Positions 1-7,873 are shown, counted from the first letter of the stretch. The stretch: DNA of 20,000 bases from an uncultured virus (IMG/VR IMGVR_UViG_3300045210_000027) (IMGVR_UViG_3300045210_000027), one strand, 5' to 3'. Notes: generated by a model from the sequence alone, not told the origin. Made by a program: numbers and translations.

Positions 1-1419
1 CCCGGCCTTGCCGGCTGCGGACGCGATCCGCCCCAGGCCGGAAGTGATGCCGGGGGATGTGGACTTGAGTCGGCGGAAGGCGTCGACCGTGGAAACGATC
101 CGGGGAGCGAGGAGGAGGAATCCTCCGGCCACCGTCGCAGTGACTCCGACGAACCCGCCCAGGGAGGCGATGGTCGTCTTGATCGGGGTGGGGAGGGCCT
201 GGAAGGCGCGCATGAGGTCGGCCGTCCTGTTGAGGAGGCCGACCAGGAGCCCGCCACCCTCGGGGCCGACTAGCGGCGCCGCGAGCTCGGACGACAGGTC
301 TCGCCACGCGGCCTTCACCCGGTCGAACGCGCCCGAGAGCGTGTTCTTCACGTTATCGGCGGCGCCGCCAAAGCGGTCCTGCATCCCCGCGGCGAGAGCG
401 TCCAGGGCCTGGCCGGCGTCGAGAGTCCCGGCCGTGATCTGCTCCCGGATCTGCGCGCCGGTCATGCCCATCTGGGAGCCGATGATGGTCGCCGCGTCGA
501 CGCCTCGGACAGCGAACTGGTTCAGGTCTTCGGCTGTGATCTTCGAGGAGGCACTGATCTTCGAGAAGATGTTCGACAGTTCGGCAATGTCCTGGTTCGA
601 ACCACCAGTTGCGGCCACCGCGTTCTGGATGGAGTCGAGGTAGGGGATGACCTTCTGCGCCTCGATGCCGAAGCCGAGCATCTGCTGCTGCGCCTTGATG
701 AAAACGTCCTTGGCAAACGGGCTCGTGGACGCGAATTCGTTGAGCCGGTCCATCTGGGCGTTCGCCTGCTCAGCCGACCCCGTCAGGGTCGTGAGCGCCG
801 CACGTGACGTCTGCTGAAGCTGGTTGTATGAGATGCCGGTTGCGAGGGCCGCTACACCGATACCGGTGACCACGGCCCCGAATCCGGCGAGGGCGGTGCC
901 GGCGGTCGTCCACGCCTTCTCGTTGTCTCGAACCGACTGAGCGACCCTCGAGAAGGCGGTCTCGGTTCGCTTAGCGCTGCTCTCAGCGGTGCTCGCCTGG
1001 GCGTCTGCAGCAGCCTGTGCCGTTGAACTCGCAGACTCCTGGGCGGACGCCGACGACTCTGCTGCCTGCGCCGTGCTGTCAGCCGCTGCAGCGGACCGCT
1101 CTCCAGCGGATTCCGCCGCCTCCCCGGCTGCCTCCGCGCTCTTGGCCGCACCCTCCGAGGCGGCGGAAGCGGTCTGCCCAGCGGCCTCCTGAGCGGCAGC
1201 CGACGACGTCGAGGCATCCGAGGAGGTGCGGGCGGCCGCCGACGTGGTGGTCGCCGCGTCGGTGGCCGCCTTCCCCTTCCCGGTCTCGGCCCGCTCCGCC
1301 CGCTTCCCAGACTGCTCGATCCGCGACGCGGCCTGCTCGGAAGCCGACCCCGCCTCGCCCATCGCGGACTTGTACTGGTTGATCTCCGCAGTGAGCCGGA
1401 TAGCGACAGAACGGTCCAC
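1..1419 (-). CDS. Tape measure protein, N-terminal part (runs off left edge; absent from the ORF track)
   Basis: GTG at 1419, 3 nt after the chaperone-extension stop, with GAGGAGG upstream. Translates MDRSVAIRLTAEINQYKSAM..., then an Ala/Ser-rich stretch, then a tape-measure domain (LTGSAEQANAQMDRLNEFASTSPF...MLGFG...KITAEDLNQFAVRGV). Open to position 1. Confidence 0.93.
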   Translation of the reverse strand, partial: MDRSVAIRLTAEINQYKSAMGEAGSASEQAASRIEQSGKRAERAETGKGKAATDAATTTSAAARTSSDASTSSAAAQEAAGQTASAASEGAAKSAEAAGEAAESAGERSAAAADSTAQAAESSASAQESASSTAQAAADAQASTAESSAKRTETAFSRVAQSVRDNEKAWTTAGTALAGFGAVVTGIGVAALATGISYNQLQQTSRAALTTLTGSAEQANAQMDRLNEFASTSPFAKDVFIKAQQQMLGFGIEAQKVIPYLDSIQNAVAATGGSNQDIAELSNIFSKISASSKITAEDLNQFAVRGVDAATIIGSQMGMTGAQIREQITAGTLDAGQALDALAAGMQDRFGGAADNVKNTLSGAFDRVKAAWRDLSSELAAPLVGPEGGGLLVGLLNRTADLMRAFQALPTPIKTTIASLGGFVGVTATVAGGFLLLAPRIVSTVDAFRRLKSTSPGITSGLGRIASAAGKAG

Positions 1420-1422
1420 GGT

Positions 1423-1812
1423 TCATGCCTCCTCAGGCTCGGGGGAAAATGGCGGTTCGGGGTCGCGCAGGTCGACGAGGTAGGCGAACGCGCCCGGCTC
1501 TTTCAGGGCGTCCTTGTTGGCTTCCCGGTAGGCGTCCAGGACCGCCTTGCGGTAGTGGGTGCCCATCCGGGCCTCCCACGCGTCCTGCAGGTCCTTGTCC
1601 AGGCATTCGTCGGCCCACCCGCCGCACCCACAGGGGCAGCGCATGGACTCCACGACCGTGTAGGCCTGCGTCAGCAGCAGGTCCTCAACACCCCACGTCT
1701 CGCCGGGCACGCCCCAGTACTGGTGTGGTGGCCGCCCCCACTGGTGGGCGGTCTTCAGCGCGGTTAGCGCCGACGCCCTCGCCGGGTTGCGGAGGACGCC
1801 GGCGAGGTAGGG
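1423..1812 (-). CDS. Tail assembly chaperone C-terminal extension (gpT-like), probably made by -1 frameshift
   Basis: Frame is open from 1878 to the stop at 1423 and overlaps the TAC 3' end in the -1 frame (PYLAGVLRNPARASALTALKTAHQWGRPPHQYWG...CPCGCG). No good RBS before the GTG at 1710. Sits between TAC and TMP. Confidence 0.8.
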   Translation of the reverse strand, partial: PYLAGVLRNPARASALTALKTAHQWGRPPHQYWGVPGETWGVEDLLLTQAYTVVESMRCPCGCGGWADECLDKDLQDAWEARMGTHYRKAVLDAYREANKDALKEPGAFAYLVDLRDPEPPFSPEPEEA

Positions 1813-2429
1813 ACCGTCACGGACGGTGCCTGGTTGTTGGCCATCGCGAAGGTGACGAGGAGTCGGCGGATCTGCGGCTCACTGGACTCCCGGAGGGCAG
1901 CCAGGTGCTCGTAGGTGACGCCGGCGGGCTGGATGATGGCGCCAGCGAGCTGGTGCAATTGCACGTACACGGACTTCTCGTCCTTGCTCTTCCCGTGGGT
2001 GTCGGAGTGGTTCTCCCACTCCTTCTTGACGCGGTTCAGCCAGGTCTCGGACCGGCCCTCGATGCGGAACGTGACGCCGGAGTCCACGAACGTCTGCTGC
2101 AGGTCGAACAGGCGGGCCTCGAGCTCCTCGGACGACAGGTTGTCCTCCATGCCGGACTCGTCGGCCCCGCTGGCTTCGGTCGCCCTCGCGACCTGGAGCT
2201 GCTGCTCGAGGCTGTCGATCTCTCCGAGCAGGTCGGCGCGCTGGTAGACGTTCACGGAGCGGATGGTGGAGCGGACGCCCTGGACCCACGAGTCGAGGTC
2301 GAAGTCGGCCGGCGGCGGGAGGTCGGGCTCGGACACGTCGGGGGCGGGTGCGGCCTGGCTGGTGGGCGTCTCCTCGCGGGGCTCGTCCTCCACCGGCTGG
2401 TCGGGGCTGTCACTGAAGTAGGTGGTCAC
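1764..2429 (-). CDS. Tail assembly chaperone (gpG-like), 221 aa
   Basis: RBS GAGGAG then GTG at 2429. Acidic protein (FDLDSWVQGVRSTIRSVNVYQRADLLGEID...). Follows the major tail gene. Confidence 0.85.
   Translation of the reverse strand: MTTYFSDSPDQPVEDEPREETPTSQAAPAPDVSEPDLPPPADFDLDSWVQGVRSTIRSVNVYQRADLLGEIDSLEQQLQVARATEASGADESGMEDNLSSEELEARLFDLQQTFVDSGVTFRIEGRSETWLNRVKKEWENHSDTHGKSKDEKSVYVQLHQLAGAIIQPAGVTYEHLAALRESSEPQIRRLLVTFAMANNQAPSVTVPTSPASSATRRGRRR
1806..1814 (-). other. Candidate programmed -1 frameshift site (GTC CCT ACC)
   Basis: After this point the 0 frame becomes low-complexity (TSPASSATRRGRRR*) while the -1 frame becomes protein-like. Not a canonical XXXYYYZ heptamer. Confidence 0.5.
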
Positions 2430-2466
2430 GGGGTTCTCCTCGATGTCACGGGTGCGGGCATGGGTG

Positions 2467-2498
2467 AGGCCCCCAGTCCTGGTGTGGCTTGGGGGCCT
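2467..2498 (-). terminator. GC-rich hairpin (9-bp stem) followed by CACCCATGCCC
   Basis: AGGCCCCCA (2467-2475) pairs with TGGGGGCCT (2490-2498). No long U tract. Confidence 0.45.
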
Positions 2499-2522
2499 GC
2501 TGGTGTCACGGGGTGGTGGGGG

Positions 2523-2562
2523 TCCCGGCCTGCCCGCCCCGTGACATGCGGGCAGGCCGGGA
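2523..2562 (-). terminator. 15-bp perfect inverted repeat just after the major tail gene (terminator or mRNA stabiliser)
   Basis: TCCCGGCCTGCCCGC / GCGGGCAGGCCGGGA with a 10-nt loop, 12 nt after the stop codon. Confidence 0.65.
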
Positions 2563-2574
2563 GAACAGGGGCGG

Positions 2575-3087
2575 CTACTCGCCGGCGACGACGGTGCCGC
2601 GGGGGACGACGCCGCCGGTGACACCCATCGGCTGCACGAACTTGATGTAGCCGGACAGCTCGGTGGGCTGCTGCGGGTCGTCCGTGATGATCGGGTACAT
2701 GCTGTACGGGTCGCCGGCCTCCCACGGCTTGGAGGCGGGCGGGCCGATGCGCTCCACCAGGTACAGGTGGAGGCCCTTGCCGGTGAACAGGTTGTAGCCG
2801 ATGTCCTGCTCCTCATCGCTGAGGCCGGACTCGTCGAGGTACCGGAACACCGAGAACGTGGCCTCGTAGTTCGACGCCCCGTAGGTGGTGGAGTTCCCGG
2901 AGTCCTCCAGGCCCGGCTCGTTGAGCGTGTCGGAGCCGGTGGGGGACAGCCGGTAGCCGGAGCGGAGGATCGACTTGGAGATCCGCTGGCCTGCGGACAG
3001 CTCGGCGACCGTGAGGGCGTCCGGGTCTGCCGGGGCGACCGCGAGGGCCTCCAGCCGGATGCGGCCCTCGAAAAGGGACTTGGCCAT
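2575..3087 (-). CDS. Major tail (tube) protein, 170 aa
   Basis: RBS AGGAGG then ATG at 3087. Actinophage tail-tube-like motifs (LTVAELSAG, YLVERIG, WEAGDPYSMYPI). Position in operon. Confidence 0.88.
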   Translation of the reverse strand: MAKSLFEGRIRLEALAVAPADPDALTVAELSAGQRISKSILRSGYRLSPTGSDTLNEPGLEDSGNSTTYGASNYEATFSVFRYLDESGLSDEEQDIGYNLFTGKGLHLYLVERIGPPASKPWEAGDPYSMYPIITDDPQQPTELSGYIKFVQPMGVTGGVVPRGTVVAGE

Positions 3088-3088
3088 G

Positions 3089-3271
3089 TCAGGCCTCCTT
3101 GCTGCCCGCGGCGCGAGCGGTCGTGGCGGCCGGGGCCGCGGGCTTGCCCGCACCCTTCGGCTCCTTGTCGGTCAGGTTCGGGAACAGGTCGTGGTCGAAC
3201 CACTCCTGCGGCACGTTGTGGGGAAGCTTCTCCCCGGTGCGGGCATCCCATGCGGGCACACGCTTGGCCAT
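3089..3271 (-). CDS. Small hypothetical virion-region protein, 60 aa
   Basis: RBS AAGGAGG then ATG at 3271 (MAKRVPAWDARTGEK...). Fills the gap between the tail terminator and MTP genes. Confidence 0.75.
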   Translation of the reverse strand: MAKRVPAWDARTGEKLPHNVPQEWFDHDLFPNLTDKEPKGAGKPAAPAATTARAAGSKEA

Positions 3272-3282
3272 GGCGGCCTCCT

Positions 3283-3705
3283 TTATCCGGTGGTGGTGAG
3301 GTAGGTGAGTTGGACGTAGTGGCGGGCGGGGTTGACGCCCCGGTCCTTGAGGACCGGGAGATTGGTGATGGTGGGGTCCTCCTCCAGGGGCGCCGCCCAC
3401 GGAGTGAGTACCGTGCCGTCGAGCGCAGACCGGACGAGGGAGACGGTGTCGAGCGTCCACATCACGTCCCCGGAGGCGACCGTGAGCACGGCCTGCCAGG
3501 TGAGGTCCCCGCTGGTGGCCGACTCCAGTTCCCTGGACGCGGCCGGGCGGATACCGGGGTCGGCCCAGAGCACGACGTAGGGGTACACGCGGCCGTCCGC
3601 CGTGGCCGGCGGGTGGTCGGGGACCTCGTTGTCGTAGACGGTGATGGTGGTGATCCGGCGGAGCGCGGTGAGGACGCCCGCGTGGAGGGTGCCGACGCCG
3701 GTCAC
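3283..3705 (-). CDS. Tail terminator/completion protein
   Basis: VYDNEVP...YPYVVLW motif typical of tail terminators. GTGA overlap with the upstream gene. Confidence 0.8.
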   Translation of the reverse strand: MTGVGTLHAGVLTALRRITTITVYDNEVPDHPPATADGRVYPYVVLWADPGIRPAASRELESATSGDLTWQAVLTVASGDVMWTLDTVSLVRSALDGTVLTPWAAPLEEDPTITNLPVLKDRGVNPARHYVQLTYLTTTG

Positions 3706-4040
3706 GTGAACGGCCCCTGGGCAACCTGCTGGAACGCCTTCTCGACGGACGGCAGGACGTCAGCGAGGGCGGGTGCCATGAACGGCTGCGCCCTCATCCT
3801 GCTGGTGCCCATCTCCACGAACACGCCGTAGTTCGCGGTCGGCCCGATCTCGGCGGTCAGGCCCTGCACGTTCCGGCCGATCGAGGAGCGCAGGAAGCCG
3901 GTGTCGACCGGGGAGTGGCGCTTGCCTGCCGCCTCGACGTCCGCGGCGCCCTTCGCGATGACCGTCTCCGCGGCCGAGGTGATGTCAGCTGCGGAGAGCT
4001 TCCCGCCCAGGTTGTGCAGATCGCTGGCGTCCCAGTTCAT
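3702..4040 (-). CDS. HK97 gp10-family phage protein
   Basis: Signature PVDTGFLRSSI...YGVFVEMGTSRMRAQPFMAPA. Confidence 0.93.
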   Translation of the reverse strand: MNWDASDLHNLGGKLSAADITSAAETVIAKGAADVEAAGKRHSPVDTGFLRSSIGRNVQGLTAEIGPTANYGVFVEMGTSRMRAQPFMAPALADVLPSVEKAFQQVAQGPFT

Positions 4041-4477
4041 GGGGCACCACCGGGCTGGCTCTGCAGGTTCAGGTCCGCGTACACGACCCGCTCGAACCGG
4101 CGGGAGGAGTAGTCCAGGCCGGTGACGGTCAGGACCTTCCCCACGAGCGTGGTGTCGTCGGGGCAGGCGGTGATGGTGATGGCCGCGTCGACCGGCACTT
4201 CCGGGGCGTCGGCCTCCAGGCTGATCTGGTAGGCCCGCTGGGTGACGTCCTGCCGTGCCGCGTCCGCGGCCCCGCCTCGGCCGTCCAGTGGCTGCGCCCG
4301 GAACGGTCCCTCGTGGAGGAGAGCCCCCGGCGTGGACGGCTGGGCGCCCCCGGTGGGGGTCCAGCCACCGATACCCGGGTCCCGGATCGTGAGGTGGCCG
4401 TTGAGCGCCCCGGCGGCGGCCGGCTGGTGGTGCGGGGACCAGTCCGGGTGGATCGTGGTCGTGGAGGGGAACGGCAT
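4037..4477 (-). CDS. Head-closure/stopper-like protein
   Basis: 146 aa beta-rich ORF between the adaptor and gp10 genes. ATGA overlap with gp10. Confidence 0.7.
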   Translation of the reverse strand: MPFPSTTTIHPDWSPHHQPAAAGALNGHLTIRDPGIGGWTPTGGAQPSTPGALLHEGPFRAQPLDGRGGAADAARQDVTQRAYQISLEADAPEVPVDAAITITACPDDTTLVGKVLTVTGLDYSSRRFERVVYADLNLQSQPGGAP

Positions 4478-4480
4478 GGC

Positions 4481-4837
4481 CTATCGCCGCCTCGGGTGGA
4501 ACTCGAGGACCGTGAACAGTCCCTCCCCGTCCGCGTCCTCTGCGGCCTCCTCGTCGTCGGCGGCACGCTTGCGGTAGGCGGCGGCCAGGGCGCGGAGCTC
4601 GGCCGCGACCTTCGCGGCGTCCGTGGACAGGTCCTGGGTGCGGATGACCTTCCCGACGAGCACCTCGGACACGGCGATCGCCTCGAGGGCGTCGGCAGCG
4701 GCCCGGCGCACGTGCCAGGTCTCCTCGCCGCCGGCCATGCGCAGGAACGCGGCGAGCTGGTCGTCGGTGAGGATCTGGCGGTCCGGGTCGACGTCGGCGA
4801 TGAGGAGCCGCACGTCCCCCACACTGGTTTCAGGCAT
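4481..4837 (-). CDS. Head-to-tail adaptor/connector
   Basis: VRLLIAD...LTDDQLAAFL...AAADALEAIA pattern. First gene after the capsid gene. Confidence 0.82.
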   Translation of the reverse strand: MPETSVGDVRLLIADVDPDRQILTDDQLAAFLRMAGGEETWHVRRAAADALEAIAVSEVLVGKVIRTQDLSTDAAKVAAELRALAAAYRKRAADDEEAAEDADGEGLFTVLEFHPRRR

Positions 4838-4873
4838 GATGCGGCTCCTTCACGGGGTTGACGCGGGGTGGGG

Positions 4874-4915
4874 GTCCGCCCGCCTGCCGGGCAACGGGGC
4901 GGCAGGCGGGCGGAC
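4874..4915 (-). terminator. 16-bp perfect inverted repeat after the major capsid gene
   Basis: GTCCGCCCGCCTGCCG / CGGCAGGCGGGCGGAC with a 10-nt loop. Confidence 0.65.
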
Positions 4916-4931
4916 GATCAGCGCGTGCCTG

Positions 4932-6008
4932 CTACGCGTTGCCGGTGGCGACGAACGTGCCGGTCGGGATCACCAGCGACGAACCCGTCGAGTGCCGCAC
5001 CCGGTACTGGACGGTGTCGTCGTCGAACGACCCCTCCTCCGGGGCGACGCTGCCGCCGACGACACGGTTGCCCGCATCGTTCTTCACCCGCAGGTCCGGC
5101 TGCTCGTTGCCACGGAGGAACCCGGTCACGTGCGCGGGCCGCGGGCTGTTCGGCGCGGGGAGCACGAACCAGGTGCGGTTCACACCGGAGAAGCCCGAGG
5201 CGACGACCGGGAGCCACGGGTTCACGACCAGGGTCAGCACACCGGAAAGGTGGTTCGACTCGGTCGTGGTCGTGTTGCCGTCCGTGCGGCGGATCTCCGT
5301 CGCGGTGAGGATCTTCCGGGCCTGCATCTCCAGGGCCGGGGGCACCATGAGGACGCTGCCGGACACGACGATCGGGCGACCGTCCTTGTCCTTGCGGGTG
5401 GAGATCGCCTGCAGGGCGGCCTCCACGTTGTCCGCGGACAGTGCGCCCTCAGCGCCCGTGACAGGGGCGTTACCGTTCTGGGCGCGGAAGAACGCGGTGT
5501 TGAGGCCCGTGTTGCCGGCGTTGAAGAACGCGGACGCGGCAACGATGTCCTCGGTCTCCCGGGCCGCGGTACCGAGCCGCTCCGGGAGGTTCCGGAACGC
5601 GTCGAGCTCGTCGTTGATGAACATCTCCCACGTCAGCGGGATCCGGTCACCGTACTTCTCGACCTTGAACTCGTACTCGGCCTCGGTCAGACCCCGGGCC
5701 GGGTACTCGCTGGCCTCCTTGACCTTCGACAGGCCGGCGCGGCCACCGAGGAGCTCGACGAGCTTCTTCGGCTTGAAGTTGGGGACCACGGAGCGGCGGG
5801 AGTACTTCTGCCAGACCGGGGCGATGCCCTGGTATTCCTGCAGGAGTTCACGGCCGTAGGCCGCGCCGAGCAGGATCGGGAAGTCGGCCGTGGTCATGGA
5901 CTCCATGACGTCGGCGCGGGCCCGGAAGTCACCGTCGAGGGCCTTCTGGAAGGTGGTGCGGGCCTCCAGGATGCGCTGGTTGCGCTGGAGGACGGGGGTG
6001 GTGGTCAT
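4932..6008 (-). CDS. Major capsid protein (Mu gpT-like, HK97 fold), 358 aa
   Basis: ESMTTADFPILL...V.NFK...KYG..I.LTWE.FINDEL.AF..LP..LG.AA..TED motifs. RBS AGGAGG. Confidence 0.93.
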   Translation of the reverse strand: MTTTPVLQRNQRILEARTTFQKALDGDFRARADVMESMTTADFPILLGAAYGRELLQEYQGIAPVWQKYSRRSVVPNFKPKKLVELLGGRAGLSKVKEASEYPARGLTEAEYEFKVEKYGDRIPLTWEMFINDELDAFRNLPERLGTAARETEDIVAASAFFNAGNTGLNTAFFRAQNGNAPVTGAEGALSADNVEAALQAISTRKDKDGRPIVVSGSVLMVPPALEMQARKILTATEIRRTDGNTTTTESNHLSGVLTLVVNPWLPVVASGFSGVNRTWFVLPAPNSPRPAHVTGFLRGNEQPDLRVKNDAGNRVVGGSVAPEEGSFDDDTVQYRVRHSTGSSLVIPTGTFVATGNA

Positions 6009-6022
6009 GGTGGGGGTCCTCC

Positions 6023-6349
6023 TCAGACCTGTGCGATGCGGACGGGGACCGGCGCGGCCGCGGCGGTCTTGGTGGCGAGGGCGTAGCCGAACGGCTCGCC
6101 GAGCTCGCCGGCTGCGACCACGAGGGTCTTGCCGTCGAGGTAGAGCGGGGAGCCCACGTCGGTCACTGCGCCGTCGACCTCGAGGTCGTATGCGCCCTTG
6201 AGCCAGACGGTCGCGTTGCCGTCCTCGTCTCGGCTGGTCTGTGCGACACCGTTGAGGGCTCCGACCCGGACGGGGTCACCGGAGACGGTGCCCGAGGGGA
6301 CGGGCAGGGTCAGGTGGTCGGCGTCGCGGAAACGCTCGTTGGTTGCCAT
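6023..6349 (-). CDS. Capsid cement/decoration protein (DUF2190-like), 108 aa
   Basis: RBS AAGGAGG then ATG at 6349. VSGDPVRVGALNGVA...GAYDL...G..LY...FGYAL pattern. Confidence 0.85.
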   Translation of the reverse strand: MATNERFRDADHLTLPVPSGTVSGDPVRVGALNGVAQTSRDEDGNATVWLKGAYDLEVDGAVTDVGSPLYLDGKTLVVAAGELGEPFGYALATKTAAAAPVPVRIAQV

Positions 6350-6350
6350 G

Positions 6351-6782
6351 TCAGGCCTCCTTGATGGTTCGGCCCGTGAGGGCGGCGAGAGCGGCATCCA
6401 GGTCGGCCTCCGTGAGGTCCTCACCGCTGCCGTGGGGGTTGGTGTCGCCCAGGCCGCGGGGGGCGCCCGCGCCGCGGGCCTCCTGGGCCTCGGCCGCGGC
6501 CTCAGCCACAGCGGCGGCGAACGCCTCCTGGTCGAGGCGCCCGGACTCACCGGTGGGCGGGTCGACGAGCAGGCCGCGCCGCTCGAGGGCCGTGAACTGG
6601 TGGCCGGACTCGGCGATGATGCGGGCCGCGTGCGCCCGGTCCGCCTCCTGGTGGGCTTCGCTGACGGACTGGCGGGCGGTGTCCCGCTCGGTGATGAGGG
6701 TGTCGCGCTCGGTTTCGAGCACGGGCACCCGGCGGTCAGCCTCTTCGAGCTGAGCCAGTCGGCTCTCCTCGATCTGGGGCAT
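6351..6782 (-). CDS. Nested in-frame scaffolding protein from an internal start, 143 aa
   Basis: GAGGAGGACACC-ATG inside the protease ORF (SEEDT-MPQIEES...), at the start of the coiled-coil region. Confidence 0.65.
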   Translation of the reverse strand: MPQIEESRLAQLEEADRRVPVLETERDTLITERDTARQSVSEAHQEADRAHAARIIAESGHQFTALERRGLLVDPPTGESGRLDQEAFAAAVAEAAAEAQEARGAGAPRGLGDTNPHGSGEDLTEADLDAALAALTGRTIKEA

Positions 6783-7598
6783 GGTGTCCTCCTCGGACTC
6801 GGTGGTGTGGGGCTGCCCCGCCGGGGTGACGGGGACGAATGTGGTGACGCGGCGGACCTGGGTGGGGGTGCCGGTCAGGCTGGTGGCGTTCTCACCGGTG
6901 GTGGCGTAGGCCTGCTGCCAGGTGCCCTGGTCGGGTCCGGTGTCGATCTCGAACCAGACGGTGGTGTCGTCGTGATCGACGACGTACACGAACAGGTTGT
7001 TCCCAGCCCCGTACCTGGCCTTCAGCAGGTCGGCGAGCTCCTCGCGCCGCTGATCGGCGGTCGCCTCGGTGACGGGCTGGGTTTCGCGGACGATGAGGGG
7101 CGAGGTGCGGCGCGCGGACTCGTACACTTCGCGGACGCGGCCGCCCCTACCGGCCTGGGTCACGAAGTCGACGCTGATGCCCTGGTCGAGGGACTCCACG
7201 ACGCGGCGCCCGGACTCGTCGGCCTCCCCGAGGGTGGCCTGGGCGCGGATGGAGACGCCGATGGCGTCGTGCATCTCGGTGAGGACCTGCGTCCAGGGGC
7301 TGTACGTCTTGGCTTCGGCGACCAGTGCGGTCCCGTCCCAGCGGGCGTCCTCGGTGAGCACGCCGGCGACGTCGCGGATGGATCGTTCGGGCCGGTCGTA
7401 GTTCTCGGTCTCCCCGGGGTGGTCGCTGAACATGAGCGTGCCCGCCGGGAAGACCTTGCTTTCGGCTGCGGCCTGCAGGACCTGGGGCGTGTACACGCCG
7501 GACGAGCCGACGCCGGGAGTGATGAGCTGGATGAGCATGTTGCCGCCGGCGGCGGGGCCCGCGAGGGTGGTGCTCTCGCGGATCAGTGTCCCGGTCAT
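6351..7598 (-). CDS. Prohead maturation protease/scaffold fusion
   Basis: RBS AGGAGG then ATG at 7598. Protease-type motifs (MFSDHP, IGVSIRA, SVDFVTQAGRGG) followed by an acidic coiled-coil C-terminus. Confidence 0.85.
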   Translation of the reverse strand: MTGTLIRESTTLAGPAAGGNMLIQLITPGVGSSGVYTPQVLQAAAESKVFPAGTLMFSDHPGETENYDRPERSIRDVAGVLTEDARWDGTALVAEAKTYSPWTQVLTEMHDAIGVSIRAQATLGEADESGRRVVESLDQGISVDFVTQAGRGGRVREVYESARRTSPLIVRETQPVTEATADQRREELADLLKARYGAGNNLFVYVVDHDDTTVWFEIDTGPDQGTWQQAYATTGENATSLTGTPTQVRRVTTFVPVTPAGQPHTTESEEDTMPQIEESRLAQLEEADRRVPVLETERDTLITERDTARQSVSEAHQEADRAHAARIIAESGHQFTALERRGLLVDPPTGESGRLDQEAFAAAVAEAAAEAQEARGAGAPRGLGDTNPHGSGEDLTEADLDAALAALTGRTIKEA

Positions 7599-7639
7599 GC
7601 GCGGCACCTCCTAGGGGTGGTTGGGTGGGGCCTGTGGGT

Positions 7640-7822
7640 ATGGATGACGCGAACGACGAGGGCGGGCCGGGGGAGTGCCCGGGGCATGACTTCGTGCTGC
7701 GTCGCGTGGAGATCAAGCCGCACGGGGCGGGCATGGAGCATGAGTGCCGGTGGTGTGGCGCGGTCCTGTACCTGGCGCCGGGCTGGTCGACGCGCGGCGA
7801 GTGGGCCCCAGAGCAGACCTGA
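7640..7822 (+). CDS. Small antisense-oriented putative Zn-binding protein, 60 aa
   Basis: MDDANDEGGPGECPGHDFVL...HECRWCGAVLY has CxxH and CxxC ligand pairs and GC-rich third positions. Lies wholly in the MuF-protease intergenic gap. Confidence 0.6.
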   Translation: MDDANDEGGPGECPGHDFVLRRVEIKPHGAGMEHECRWCGAVLYLAPGWSTRGEWAPEQT

Positions 7823-7840
7823 CGCGCGGGGCATGGGTAA

Positions 7841-7867
7841 GGCCCCGGAGCGATGCTCAACGGGGCC
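7841..7867. terminator. Hairpin between converging transcripts (possible bidirectional terminator)
   Basis: GGCCCCG-GAGC-GAT-GCTC-AA-CGGGGCC. On the minus strand it is followed by TTACCCATGCCC. Confidence 0.55.
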
Positions 7868-7873
7868 AAGAGC

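Noticed and set aside
1079..1426. ORF starting at the ATG that overlaps the chaperone stop
   Set aside because: Off-frame and G/R-rich. The tape measure gene starts at GTG 1419 in another frame.
1764..3251. 495-aa ORF suggesting a major-tail/chaperone fusion or +1 frameshift
   Set aside because: The upstream part is an R/S/P-rich off-frame reading of the tail gene. The chaperone has its own RBS at 2429 and no slippery site is evident at the MTP stop.
7612..7640. SigF/SigB-like promoter (GGTT...GGGTA) for the small plus-strand gene
   Set aside because: Spacing is too short and GGGTA overlaps the start codon.
7595..7869. Minus-strand ORFs (7595-7834, 7147-7869) as toxin immunity genes
   Set aside because: R/P-rich, no RBS, start within or next to the hairpins, and overlap the protease gene.
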